Shown: positions 24,951-38,200 of the stretch, piece after piece
Layout: every line of letters starts with the position of its first letter
Position numbering within the stretch: the first letter of the stretch is position 1
Assembly: GCF_001194135.2 (NCBI RefSeq)
Contig: NC_068982.1
Location: 113,075,321 to 113,139,320 of the forward strand
Direction of reading: 5' to 3'
Source of the DNA: Octopus bimaculoides
Lineage: Eukaryota
Length of the DNA stretch: 64,000 nt
Notes under the pieces: model-generated
Databases searched by the model: none
What the model was told of the DNA's origin: nothing
What the model saw: only the letters and a program-made list of their open reading frames with translations
Program-made: the position numbers and the translations under genes

Positions 24951-27771
24951 CTTTAAATTGATACTAATATTATTATTGTATGGAGGCACGTTACAAATTC
25001 AATCATTGTAGACTGAATCTTGATAAATTTTGCATTTTGCAGGTGCTGTAGAATGCTACTTTTGATCGTACTTCTACCATTTAGAGGATCAACACTCGTT
25101 GAAATTGGAAACAGACTAAATACACTAAATTTTGTGATGCAGTTTTAACTACGGAAAATATGTAGTCACATAGTTTCCAAGCAGACTTCTTGGCAACTAC
25201 TGATGGGAGTGTTCACTACTTTATTATTTAGATCGTATATTTTAACTAAAAAAATGAATTAAACATTCTGTAACAGATTCATATGCAATAGATTCCTATT
25301 GATAATTCGGGAGATGTTTTCTAGAATTATCTAGAAAACAAAACTTTGTCATAAATGTTTCCATGAATGCTTTACTTCTTGTATGTGTCTATGTTGAATC
25401 TATGTTGAGTCTGAATATAAAATTAGATTTTTCCTATCAGGCTGTGTTTTCATTGGATTCTATATTCCTTTTCCCCTTCATTTTCTATTGACACTGGAAG
25501 AAAAATATAACATTTTAGTTAATATGTCAATAGTCACATATGTTACTAGAAATATGTATGCTGTATGAGGCTTTAGGTAAAATTAGTAAACGTTATGAAT
25601 TTGGAGAGAAAGTCCTGCCAACGCTATTATAAATTTGATCAGAGTGATAGATTATTTGGATCAAATCTTGTCTCTGTGTAGGGCAGCTGCTCATCAATTT
25701 TCTTGTAAATGTCTCAGTTTTAACACTTAGACTGTGTTGCTTCTTGATTTTACTTTGTCATGCTGAGGATCTTTATGAGTCATACTTCCCTCTACTATAG
25801 AGAGGATCGTGCCAATCTAAACTTCACGAAACAAGTATGTTAAAACCAGTAGTAAATACACACTGAACTTTATTTTGGATGTAAAGTGGATTATAAATTC
25901 AAGAGCTGTGCACTCATATGGTTGGAACATACGTAAGGATGGGTTACATGCTTCACGTTGCATAAGATTTTGAATAGTTCACGAAATCACAATACAGTTC
26001 ACGATATCACAAAAGAAAGAGTTCAATTAAATACTCTTATCTATTAACTGCAATGAGATAATTCTCCCTCAGTGCTGAACCGCCATGCACGTTACATTAA
26101 ATTATGAGGGACTGATCGAAGCTGTTGCTTATTACGAGGGAAATGATGACGTTTCTGATCCAACATTTACAATCATAAAGAGAACAGAATAACCACTTTA
26201 TGACTTGACGTCTAAGAGGCAGGGCGTCCCTTTAGGTTGAAGAATAATAGAATCTACCACTACGGGATATTAACGTTTGCGTTTCTGCTGCACCTCTGAT
26301 GAACTCAAAGAATGGTTGTCCCATGAAGATGAACTTCTGCATTTAAATACTATAATTCAGTTATAGGGTATTTTTGGTATATATTTATATCATGTATGTG
26401 TATCCATTGTTTACTGATACTTCAAACCTCAACATGAATGCAACTTTCTTCACAGTTGGGAGAAATTCTTTCAGATTACAGATACTGAAAACATAAGAAT
26501 TATAAGAGGCATACGCATAAAAAAATATAGAAATCGGGTATTTTCATTCGTAAAATGTGAAAGAAATTTTGCTTTTATTCCTTAGAATATGTTATATTTT
26601 CTATTCAGTTCAGTTATTACTAAAATTCACCAACCACCACTCGAAACAAATCCCATTAAAAATATAAAAAATATTGTATTGTCATCGGGCCTAAATTTAT
26701 TTCAGTATCTCTATGATGCAGTTATTTTTTCTGATTTTCTATAGCTTCTAATAATTTTACTCAAGACTCCGTAAGGGACGGATGCAGCAATCAGACTTTT
26801 CATCCAGTGTACTGACCAAGGCATGCCACGTTTCATATGTAACCATATTCGACTCTTCAGCATACAATGCGAAACATTATAGAAACCAGAATGTACTCAA
26901 TAAAGACTTTTGTTTAAGGGTTCGTAGTCACCTGATACGTAATAATCAGGATTCATTATTGTTGATAGTGAGTTAATGTGACATTTAATCGCTGTACCGA
27001 TCAATAAACAGTCGATAAATTGCAGGCCTTACTCACACTGTATAATTAGAAAATAAAACAAATGATATTGTAAGTGAATTGTACAGAACAAAAAATTTCG
27101 AAGCGAAATAATAAAATATTGGAAACAATATTTGAGATATGTACACTGGAACTGTAAACAGAATATTTATATACTTTATCCACAATATTTCCAGCTTTTC
27201 TATATAAATTAAGTTTGTTTTAACGATCTCAAAGTATTTTTATCGGGCATTTTGAAATCACACATATTTAACAAAATAGAAAACAGAAAACATTTATCGA
27301 TTTCACATATGATTAGCTTACTAAAATAAAACAAAACACAATGTAACTGTGATGTGTTAATTATGCATTTGGAGTATTTAAATTATTTACGTATAGCTCT
27401 TTAATAGGGATTCTCTGATGATAGCGTATCTTAAGAAGCAGCTTTATTTCTCTATTGCGTCGCAAGTCCTTGCTTAAAACAACTATAATTGATTGTGCAT
27501 ACTTGTTATAATTCACATGGTTTACTTTTTGCTATAGTTTGCCAATTTTCTGTTAGAACTTATGGCAGTTTTTAGAAATAACACACAGTTTACCATGGTT
27601 ACTGTATTATTTTCCAATGATCGCTGACATTTCTTATTTAACACTTATCGATAATCTGTTTACAGATAGATGGTGTTAAGATTCTACATTCATTCTGAAA
27701 TTCATTTTCCCTGCTTCGATAAACAATTTTGTATTCTAAAGAATAAGGTAGAGACATCAAGGATAACACAC

Positions 27772-27869
27772 GTTCGGCAAAGCTTGGCATGCAATAGGAA
27801 AAGATCGTTTTTTGAAAATAGTAGTATGTAATTTCCGGAGTATGTGTCATTCCGTGTGATATCTAATTC
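27772..27869 (-). CDS. Candidate 98-bp exon, ELDITRNDTYSGNYILLFSKNDLFLLHAKLCR(T)
   Basis: Branch point plus pyrimidine tract aaaCTAACttctctccatttatacag|G; only the phase-0 frame is open; donor AAC|GTGTGT is weak. Confidence 0.35.
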
Positions 27870-30008
27870 CTGTATAAATGGAGAGAAGTTAGTTTACAGT
27901 TATTTCAAATAATTCCCTTTCTAAACAACCTCGCCTCCCCTCCAACCCATACATGTATACTTTATCACTTTCTAGATTTTCCCTATTTTCCTTTAAACAA
28001 GGATGCGCAAAAACATTTTTTCTATGTAGATTCATTCTTTTGATTTTCGTTACAAAGGAAGCCAAACTGAAGTTTGGTTATTCACCAGCAACGATATAAT
28101 ATTCGAAATGAAATATTTGATTTAGTATTAAAACAATCAATGGGCCGACTTTAACAGAATCAAACAAATTCCAAAATATTTCTAATATTCTAAAGAGCTT
28201 ATTCTTCAGATAGATTACAAACATTATGTTTTTAAGCAATGGTTGTTGTTATATGACCATTACCACAGAGAAATGTAATGTAATTACGTAAAGAGTAAAG
28301 AGATAACATCACAACCATTGCTTTGCAGGAATATTTAATCACACTTTTGTGTGTTTAATATTTCCTTTATTTCCTGTTTAAGTTTTTGATATTCTAACTG
28401 ATTCCAAATGGTTTTATGTTTCAGATGCTGATTTGTTTTTACAGTCGGGAGCGACTTCTGCAACATGATGTATTTTATCTTATTAAGTCGAATAGAAAAA
28501 CAGAAGAAAATATCTTTATTTAAATAGAAAACCAAATAACTATTTAATCTGTTCAAACATATCCTAGTAAATCAATAAAATTATTTATTTTCATTCAATT
28601 TATTTGAACTCGATCAAATATTGAACTCTTTCCATATATCTTAACTCTGTCTCATTTCCTATAGAAAATTTATGTGTCTGCAAATACAATCAAGGAAATT
28701 CATAAGAGAACTTTTTAATAGAGAAACTATTGAACGTACAAACGTATGATTTAATATTCCTGCTATGCAATGTCAGAAATGTTTTTATTTTCTCCTTTAC
28801 ATAATATATAACATTTCTCCGCAGTAACATTCGTACAGCAGATTTATTCCTAACAAATGAAAATATACTCATCTTCAATTAAACTGGGTACATGGAATAT
28901 TTTCAATAAAAGTAATATGTTAACTTTCATTATGTATAAGTAATAATTATCAACTTAAGTTAACCTCGTTATGGAAGATGAATTATGTGTGTATGAGGGT
29001 CGGAGTGGAATTCCAGGTAGTTCAGTTCTCAGTTACTATTTAGTTTTCCAGACGTCAAGCTGGTTCATATGACACAGTAGTCTACTGAATACATTTGTAA
29101 ATACCAGCATGCATCTTATATACTGAATATACAAAACCGCAATACAAAATATATGGTATATTGTAAGTAATAGACTGCTGAATAAAGGTAAATTATGTTT
29201 CTTGCTAAACTTCATACTGTAACAGCATACTTAAATAATTCATTTACTAGTCCACTAAACAATAATCAAATTCTAGTTCTGATTTCTGAATCCTATAATT
29301 TACTGTAAGTAAACAGACTGTTTGGATTTTTTATTAACAAAATAAAAAATCAGCTAAATGTTTTTAACCATAAATTCTTATTAACGCAATACAAATGGAG
29401 GTAGAGTAGACCACCGTTGTGTATTAAATGTAATTTATTGATTTAAACTTTGCTCCTCTTCAAAACTTGTTTTTTATACAATAAAACGAATTTATTACAA
29501 CGGGCATATGGAAGACATTGTGTATAACTGTCCGAGTGGTCGGAGACAGATATTTTGTTATTGCGTGTAATGAATTTAAGTAAAATATGGTGTTGCATGT
29601 GATTGAATAAATAAAATAGAATGATTAGATATCAAGAATTAAGTGTTCATTAATACGTATTTAATTTAAGAGGTCCCATAGGATTTCTTTGCATATATGT
29701 TAATTAGATATATTACGGGAGGAAATATTATAATTAGTTTTGAATATTTTGATGGAAATTTCTTCCAAGTATACACACGCATACACACACACATATGTAC
29801 ATATATACATACATATATATATATATATATATGTGTGTGTATGTATGTGTGTGTGTACAGAAACGGCATTACACTTATTAATGTATGATTTTATTTTATA
29901 GCTATGGACTGCTTACCCATAACATACTTTTAGCAGTTGTAGTCATATAGCACCAAATCGTTAAAAATATAATTCTCCTAGTGTCAGTAATTAATAAGCA
30001 GGAGTATA

Positions 30009-31111
30009 CAGGTTGTACGGGTTAAATTTTTGCAGTTTGCATAGAAATAAAAAGCAAGCACGATATGCCATCCAAAAATAAAATCTATTTTAAAAACCCA
30101 AAGAAAAAACATCAACTGGATTATGGGTGAGAGATAGCAGTTTATGCAATGTTGCTACCCTCGGTTTCCACCAGGGCACAAAGATGGCACCGGAACCATT
30201 CATATTAGCAAACAGCTTGGCCTTGGAGTTGCAGACAGAGAGAATAGTACTTTTCTCAACTGCACCCCGCATGTTGTAATCTATGGGATTACAATCCGGT
30301 GAATTAGTAGTCCAGAAATTAAGTATGGTGAACGCATAGAAATTCTTCGGCAAACACTTCTGACACTTTCCGGACGTATGGCAAGAAACCGAATCCGGAC
30401 GTATGGCAAGAATCCGAAGGCGGTGGCGAGTTGGCAGAAACGTTAGCACGCCGGGCGAAATGCTCAACAGTATTTCGTCTGCCGCTACGTTCTGAGTTCA
30501 AATTCCATCGAGGTCTACTTTGCCTTTCATACTTTCGGGGTCGATTAAATAAGTACCAGTTACGCTCTGGAGTCGATATAAACGACTTAATCCGTTTGTC
30601 TGCCCTTGTTTGTCCCCTCTGCGTGTAGCTCCTTGTGGGCAGTAAAAAAATAAGAAGCCGAATCCTGCGGCCATATATGAGGCTTTCCAGCAGCAACTCT
30701 CTTCAGCCATGATTTCTACACAATCTCCAGCAGTTTCACATAGCTCCTAGAATTGAGCCTAAGGCCCTGTTCAGAGATGTGTCGATGAGGTCCGGCATGT
30801 GGATATAGTCAGAACGCCTACTGTATCCCTTCCTGCTAGCCACGGCTTCTTAGTCTCCCTCACATCTGCCCACATCACATTTTACAGCCTTCATAATGTT
30901 CAAAGAGTATTGAGTAGTAGCAGTGATGTCGGCACTTTCATACCTAGCACGAATCATCATGATACACGAGTATTCTTTTCCAGAGACATCCATGTCAGAT
31001 AAGTTTTTCCCTACTTCAACTTTAATATTTATGCTCTACAACGCCAAGGAATGTTCACCAAGCTTTTCCTGATAAAGGACAACGTAAAAAATCGTCAAAT
31101 TTAACAATTTG
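30009..31111 (-). mobile_element. DD37D (maT-like) mariner transposon remnant, internally deleted, with SINE insertion
   Basis: WLKRVAAGKPHIWPQDSA|SCHTSGKCQKCLPKNFYAF...FWTTNSPDCNPID has 37 residues between the two catalytic D. TA-CAGGTTGTACGGGTTAAATTT end at 30007-30030; degenerate partner end near 31111. Confidence 0.7.
30417..30651 (+). mobile_element. tRNA-derived SINE (family A) inserted in the DD37D transposase
   Basis: Head aaggcggtggcgagttggcagaaacgttagc..gagttcaaattcc; TSD-like aagaa(a/g)ccgaatcc at 30383-30396 and 30652-30665. Confidence 0.85.
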
Positions 31112-31281
31112 TATATAAATATTTAGAAGTATGTTAGATTAAAAAAAAAATCCAGCTATCTATTCCTTAACGAATGACATGAATAATTTACTTAAGAATG
31201 GTTGTGATACTGTGATAACTCTGGGTATGTTTTGGTTTAATTACACCTCTTCAGGAAGGGGTAGTCGTTTCTAGTGCTATC

Positions 31282-31317
<36 letters not shown>

Positions 31318-31849
31318 GAAGTAGCGTATTGTCCTTACCTTCGAAACGCGGAGTAGATGAAAAGGGTATATTCTTTATGTTGCATGTTTCGTTTCTCTGT
31401 TTTTTTCTGTTTTCGTTTCTCATTATGTTTAACGTTTTTTTTAATGTCCTGTACCCATATATGCATGTATATATACATATATATGTAGGTATGTACATAT
31501 ATGTATGNNNNNNNNNNNNNNNNNNNNNNNNNNNNNNNNNNNNNNNNNNNNNNNNNNNNNNNNNNNNNNNNNNNNNNNNNNNNNNNNNNNNNNNNNNNNN
31601 NNNNNNNNNNNNNNNNNNNNNNNNNNNNNNNNNNNNNNNNNNNNNNNNNNNNNNNNNNNNNNNNNNNNNNNNATATATATATATATATAAATATATATTA
31701 GTATGTGTGCCTGCTTGTCGTGTTTTATAACTGTCTGCCTAACTATATCTCTATCTGCCTCTGTCTTTTACACTTACTCCCCCCTCTCTCACACTGAATG
31801 TGTTTATATGTTTGTATATATGTGTGTGTGTCAGTGTGTGCGTATGAAT

Positions 31850-32240
31850 GTCTGTAAAGAATTTCATTACAGCAAATTGAAAGACCCTCACAAAACATCA
31901 GCAGCGAGCACATGCGGCATGCGAACGGAGAAGGAATAGACTTGATATGCGAACACGGACCTCTATTGCATGATCTTAGGAGACACTCGAGCATAGGATG
32001 CATCCACTGATTATTACCATTTTGGTTGATAACTAATGAAGAATTACGGACCCTCTGCATCTGTCTCCCGTCCAGTTGTACCCTCACTGTACGTACACAC
32101 TCAAGAGACACGCATGCATAATATCCGTGATATGTTGAATGTTTTGCATCCAACTTTTCTTCAAAATATGCTAGTTCTTCTGTTTTGGTATTGTAAGGGA
32201 GATCATCAGGAAGATGATGCATGTATGTCTCTTCTATTTT
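31850..32240 (-). other. Unassigned Cys/His-rich open reading frame (non-microsatellite part of ORF 31743-32222)
   Basis: About 125 aa of complex sequence, IEETYMHHLPDDLPYNTKTEELAYFEEKLDAKHSTYHGYYAC..ECLLRSCNRGPCSH..FACRMCSLLMFCEG. No family recognised. Confidence 0.3.
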
Positions 32241-32242
32241 TT

Positions 32243-32441
32243 AATTATTATAAATCTTCCCCTGGGGTGGGCGCCGGTTTCCAACAAAGATACAAGGCTC
32301 CATTTTTGGGATGTTCTTAACACAGACAAAGTAACATTTGGAACTTGAGAAAAATCTTGCATATTTTTACTGTTCTACTCACAGATTGCTCTTTTAATGT
32401 ACGAATCAGTCGGTCGATTTATCTTTCTGAAAATCACACAC
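32243..32441 (-). mobile_element. 3' end of R4/CRE-like LINE
   Basis: LIRTLKEQSVSRTVKICKIFLKFQM followed by a putative 3' UTR ending ..ataataat. Confidence 0.55.
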
Positions 32442-33639
32442 NNNNNNNNNNNNNNNNNNNNNNNNNNNNNNNNNNNNNNNNNNNNNNNNNNNNNNNNNNN
32501 NNNNNNNNNNNNNNNNNNNNNNNNNNNNNNNNNNNNNNNNNNNNNNNNNNNNNNNNNNNNNNNNNNNNNNNNNNNNNNNNNNNNNNNNNNNNNNNNNNNN
32601 NNNNNNNNNNNNNNNNNNNNNNNNNNNNNNNNNNNNNNNNNNNNNNNNNNNNNNNNNNNNNNNNNNNNNNNNNNNNNNNNNNNNNNNNNNNNNNNNNNNN
32701 NNNNNNNNNNNNNNNNNNNNNNNNNNNNNNNNNNNNNNNNNNNNNNNNNNNNNNNNNNNNNNNNNNNNNNNNNNNNNNNNNNNNNNNNNNNNNNNNNNNN
32801 NNNNNNNNNNNNNNNNNNNNNNNNNNNNNNNNNNNNNNNNNNNNNNNNNNNNNNNNNNNNNNNNNNNNNNNNNNNNNNNNNNNNNNNNNNNNNNNNNNNN
32901 NNNNNNNNNNNNNNNNNNNNNNNNNNNNNNNNNNNNNNNNTATATATATATATATATATGTACGTATACAGATATTTGGACAAATGATAAATGCTGTAAC
33001 CTTGAATCACCAGGCGATTCATAGTCTTGGAGCGTATACACCTTCATCGGGCCATTCGGATGACGTCCATTTTCAATTGGCCTGTTTCCTCATGGCAGTC
33101 AAATGACACTGTCATTCCTTTTTAGACAGAGCCATTACGATACACTATCTTCTGCCTCATAAACATTATATCTGGAAAATTTTAATATTTTGATTGAGAA
33201 AGTAATTTATTTTATTAACATATGTTATGTATAATATATTCATCCCGTTAATTGTTGACAGAGGGAGGGAGATGGACTGTAGGAAATGGCTGCTGGACAG
33301 ATAGACTGTATAGTAATATATAGTATTCGTATAGTGTAGTAATATATAGTAGTAGCATATTATATAGTAATATACTATACGTTCAAATGTTACGTAGTCC
33401 TCAATGTACAGAAGAAAAAATGTGACTCTAAGTAGAAGAAACGGGAGTGACATTAGGTTAGCTTTGAATAAGGCAAATGGTTTTATGGTGTCACGTTCGA
33501 TATGAACATGATACAATGGTTAAAGAAAATATCACTAAGTAGCGAAAAGATGTGGTCTGCCGTATGAAGACTACGTCGTTTGGAGTGATTTTCCAGCATA
33601 GACATTTTGAGAGTGCCGTTATTTTTATAAATAACTTAA

Positions 33640-34393
33640 ATAGATATAAATATAATCTTTTCTACTCTAGGTACAAGGCCCGAAAGTTTTGGGGGAGGAA
33701 CCAGTCGATTAAATCGACTCCAGTATGCAACTGGTACTTAATTTATCGATCCCGAAAGGAATAAGGGCAAAGTCGACCTCGGCGGAATTTGAACTTAGAA
33801 CCAAAGACAGACGAAATACCGCTAAGCATTTCACCGGGCGTGCTAACATTTCTTATTTGTTTATTGCCCACAAGAGGACAAAGAAGGACAGACGAAGGGA
33901 TTAAGTCGATTATATAGACCTCAGTACGTAACTGGTACTTAATTTATCGACCCCGAAGGGATGAAAGGCAAAGTCGACCTCGGTAGAATTTGAACTCAGA
34001 ACGTAACGGCAGACGAAATACCGTTAAGCATTTCGCCCGGCGCGCTAACGTTTCTGATAGCTCGCCGCCTTATAGATATAAATATATTCTTTTCTAGTCT
34101 AGGTAAAAGGCCTGAAATTTTGGGTCGGGGCCAGTCGATTAGATCGACTCGGTATGCAACTGATACTTAATTTATCGACTCCGAAAGGATGAAAGGCAAA
34201 GTCGACGTTGGCGGAATTTGAACTCAGAACGTAAAGACAGACGAAATACCGCTAATCATTTAGCGAAGTCGACTATATCGACCCCAGTTTGTAACTGGTA
34301 CTTATTTAATCGTTTATCAACGAAATATCGCTAAGCATTTCGCCCGGCGTGCTAACGTCTCTGCCAGCTCGCCGCCTTATAGATATAGATATA
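33640..34393 (-). mobile_element. Tandem/nested array of family A SINEs separated by a repeated 15-bp spacer
   Basis: At least 3-4 SINE bodies; ATAGATATA(A/G)ATATA at 33640-33654, 34072-34086 and 34379-34393. Confidence 0.9.
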
Positions 34394-35859
34394 CTGATTA
34401 GCAGAAAACCACCTTATAAATTGTAGGTGTGCTGTTCTCATGCATCACGCCCCACTTCAGTGAGGTTTGCGATACGTAAAGCACATGTTACCAGAACATA
34501 GAGCTCGGAAAGTGTGAGAATGCATAATACTCACAGCATAACATCCAGGAGGGAGTACCTAGTATGTGGCTATTCTTTTTTTTTTTTTTTTAGTATCACT
34601 TAAATATATTTTAAAGTAAGCGCTCAAACTTTACCACGAGCATCCCTAGTCCAATCTTCTGTACAGTTATTATTGTTAAGCCTCAACTCAACATTCCAGC
34701 CATTTAGATAACATTTGATGATACTTAAAAAATACGATACCCTTTTGCATTTTAAAAAATTTTTCTGTGATATGGTTTCTATTTCCACTAGACCTAGCGA
34801 ACGCGTAATACTCTCAAATTTCACTCAAATTGCTCTGTAGAAGAGGTGGAGGTGAATAAATTAGAATGTTAATAATAATTCATACTATATAATTTATAAT
34901 ATATTACAAAATGCTCGAATGGCAAAAAGTTGCTAAACACTGAAATACTTTTACATATTTAAAGTAATTTTTTTTTTACTTGATTCCAATTGTCTTCTTA
35001 ACGAGATAGAGTTCAAACAGAGTTACTTCCCCTTAATTGTCATTTCTTAAAAAAAATGGGTTTGATGGGGAAAAAAATCACAAACATTCGGCTGCTCTTG
35101 TTATTGTTATAGCTACTAAAACTCATGTCGATATTCATCATGCAGACCTATGATCACGGGCTTTCCTACCATGACCACCCTGTTTGCTTTGCTTTTGTTT
35201 ATATTTCCCGACACGTGTCGACGACTAAATTCTCAAAATGTATCTTTCCTTTATATCAGAAAAGCAGAGCGGAAAATGAGAGAGAAATGGCCATTTTTCT
35301 ACCAGGTCTATCGATTAAGTTTATACAGTTACATTAAAATGTCTTTGAGTATGGCTTCTTTTTAGACACAGAATAGAAATCCATATTTAATTTTACCCTA
35401 TCGCACCTAGAAACTCCCCTGTTTGCTTGTTGGTTGCAGTTGTTCAGCTAAATGAAAATGTATTCCTTAAATTTATGACTCGCATTGTGTTGCGAAAGCA
35501 ATAGAATATTTATGATTGCCCAATAGAATAATTAGATTTCGTTTTTAAGCACAACCTTTACTTTAGAACTTTCTTAACTATGGAGATCTAACTTAATTTC
35601 TTGCTAGAATTTCTTTGTGCCCATAGGAATGGATGGTTTTGTTACATTTCCGAACAAGTTCTTATGTGAACTGAAAATGTTGCAGGTTATTAATTATTGC
35701 CAATTTATCCTGAGTTCTTTTGATTTATAGTCTCCTATCAGTTCCTCTTATTAACAGACACCATCTTGGAGTAAATATTTCGTTCTGTAGCACTTTTAGT
35801 ACAACGTACACACTTAGGTTAGCATCTTGATGATTAGAATTGTATGAAAATAATCATTT

Positions 35860-36560
35860 CTACAAGAGGCACGAGGCCTGAAATTGTAGGGGTGAGTCTA
35901 TCGATCCCCATGCGTAATTAGTACTTCTTTCATCGACCCCGAAAGGATGAAAGGCAAAGTCGGCCACGGAAGAATTTGAAATCAGATCGTTAAGAAGGGT
36001 GAAATACCACTAGGCATTTTGCCCGGCGTGCTAGCGACTCTGTTAGCTCGTCGCTTTTATAATAATAATAATCCTTTCTACTAAAGGCACAAGGAGTGAA
36101 ATTTGTGGGGAGAAGGATAATCGATTACATCGGCTCTCGTGTTTCACTGATACTTAATTGAAAGACAAAGTGGAACACGGTAGAATCTGAAGTCAGAACG
36201 TAAAGACGGCCGAAATGCCCCGGCGTGCTACCGATCCTGCCCGTGCGTAACTGCTGGTACTTATTTAATCTACCGCAAAAGGATGAAAGGTAAAGTCGAC
36301 CACGTCCGAATTTGAACTGAAGGACATGAAGACGGACGTCATAACGCTAAGCATTTTACCCGGTATGCTAACGATTCTGCCACCTCACCGTCATAATGAT
36401 ATTAATAATAATAGTCCTTTCCACAAAAGGCACAAGACCTGAAATTTTGCGGGGAGGGGACTAGTCGATTACATGGATCCCGGTTTTTCACTGGTACTTA
36501 ATTTTTCAACCCCGAAAGGATGAAACGCAAAGTCAAATTCGGCTTCCCACTCAGCTCTTG
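35860..36560 (-). mobile_element. Cluster of about 4 family A SINEs
   Basis: Repeated cgaaaggatgaaaggcaaagtc..gaatttgaa..cccggcgtgcta units. Confidence 0.85.
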
Positions 36561-36614
36561 GATGTGTGGAGGAGTCCGTGTATTGTATGTTTCCTTCTGG
36601 TGTTGTTTGTTCTG

Positions 36615-36662
<48 letters not shown>

Positions 36663-37370
36663 AGTAGTTGCTGCTGCAGCTCCTGCTATTGTAGCTTCCG
36701 CTACTGCTGCTGGTGCTACTCTCAGTGCCATCTTGTCTGTAAGACTCGCCTGATTTGTCTCTTTAGTTTCAATTTCTGTTTCTATTCCTCTGCCTTTCTG
36801 TTGTTGTTGTTGTTGTTGTTTTGTCGACTCATGTGTTGTGGTACTTTCATTTGGACATTTCTTTCTGCCGTTCTAATCTGGTTCTGTGAGTAGAAAAACC
36901 GTAAGTTGCCTGTTGAACCACAATTGTGGCACCTCCGCCTTCTTTCCTCCACGTTCGAGGGAGAAATCATGTCTGGGACTTTCTCTAAATGCTCTAGCTT
37001 CACGTAGAGAAGAACCTCCAAGGTAGTCCCACCTCAATTCTCCCACCCCGATCTTTTATCATCCGGGCGATTCTCTACTCCGTCCGTAAAAATACGTTTT
37101 TAAAAATCAGTTTTCTGTGGAATGAACGTATTCCATTTTGTCAGACGCTCCATATGTTATTAGCAGCCTTTCAGTGGAGGACTGGGCTGCAGTGGCTGAT
37201 AATAAGAAGACATGCACTGAGGCTGCAACATTACCAGCGTTTCCTAACGGTGAGCAGATCTCCTAACAGTGAGCAGATCTCTGCCCGTCGGGCTATGTGT
37301 CGCTGGAAGATCTGTATTGGAATTAGCAGAGGGCACATGCGACAACGTTCCCGTGGGAACTCTGGGCGTT
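36560..37370 (-). mobile_element. LINE ORF1 (gag-like zinc knuckle) remnant
   Basis: ..LEKVPDMI...VEERRRRCHNCGSTGNLR.. (decayed CX2CX4HX4C) followed by a low-complexity Q/A/T tail. Confidence 0.55.
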
Positions 37371-37384
37371 AGTTGAGATCAATT

Positions 37385-38135
37385 AGCTGATCTTTTTCGG
37401 AGAACTTTCAGGCCAGGATCAATGGATAATTTCCAGAAATCCTTAGTCTGACAGCACTATCAAGTCCTGGTGGTTCGAGACAAGCTCTACAAGAACGGAA
37501 TTGCTGTCACACGGACCTGTCTGAGATGTGTGCAGGGTAACAAAATCTTTCTACTTGAACTCGTCCAGTATTCGGACATTGCTGACTTGTGAAACTTTGC
37601 CGAATAGCTGTTGACCCGCGTAGGACGAATCCCGTTATCAACCGAGTCCATCGTAAAGCTCGCCCTGCTGCCTTCTTTTGACTGTGATGGGAAAGTAGTT
37701 TTTAGTGTGGCAAAGGAGATTGAAAGAACTGAAGACGGAAACCTTCCCCTTCGGCCAAGCCCTGATCGACTTCTTGAAATTCCACTTGAAAAATAAAAGT
37801 GAGGGCGTAGGTGGAAGTACTGCACCCATTTTTTTTTCTTCTTTTATTTTTAAAGGTAGGTGAATACGGTGAGCATCGCCTATGTGAATAGACCTGCCCT
37901 GAACATACGCTTGTAAGCCGGAGAAGATGAGAAGGAGAAGCACCTGCTGAGTTGCTTCTGGCTGTCGGAGTAACCAGGACGTGTGGCGTTCTTTGGTTGT
38001 CCCTGGGCGGGACTTCTCCCTTTTGGGGAGTTTTATTTAAGTTTATACACAAAATGTCGTGCTACGCCCCACTTGTCCCTTGTGTTGTATTGTCCCTTTT
38101 TGTTTTGTTTTCGGCCCTGGTGACCAACAAAGAAA
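37385..38135 (+). mobile_element. Tx1/L1-like LINE 3' end (ORF2 C-terminus and 3' UTR)
   Basis: TCLRC..., LLTRVGRIPLSTESIVKL..PSFD..GKVVF..VAKE; ends at (ATT)n 38137-38198. Confidence 0.6.
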
Positions 38136-38147
38136 ACATTATTATTA

Positions 38148-38200
<53 letters not shown>

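Noticed and set aside
26800-26870. Minus-strand CTGAAGA..GAAAC..GTC hammerhead-like arrangement
   Set aside because: 5-nt unpaired insert at the stem II base, mismatch at the first stem I pair and poor stem III; not credible without a family consensus.
28335-28556. Coiled-coil-looking ORF (..EYQKLKQEIKEILNTQK)
   Set aside because: A-rich composition explains the K/E/Q bias; the donor phase is incompatible with the next candidate exon.
33005-33065. Eroded hammerhead-like string (CCGATGA..AAGAC..ATC) on the minus strand
   Set aside because: Multiple core positions are mutated; at best a dead PLE remnant.
33640-36560. CRISPR-like repeat-spacer pattern
   Set aside because: The units are ~200-300-bp SINEs in a eukaryotic genome; there are no constant short repeats with unique equal-length spacers and no cas genes.
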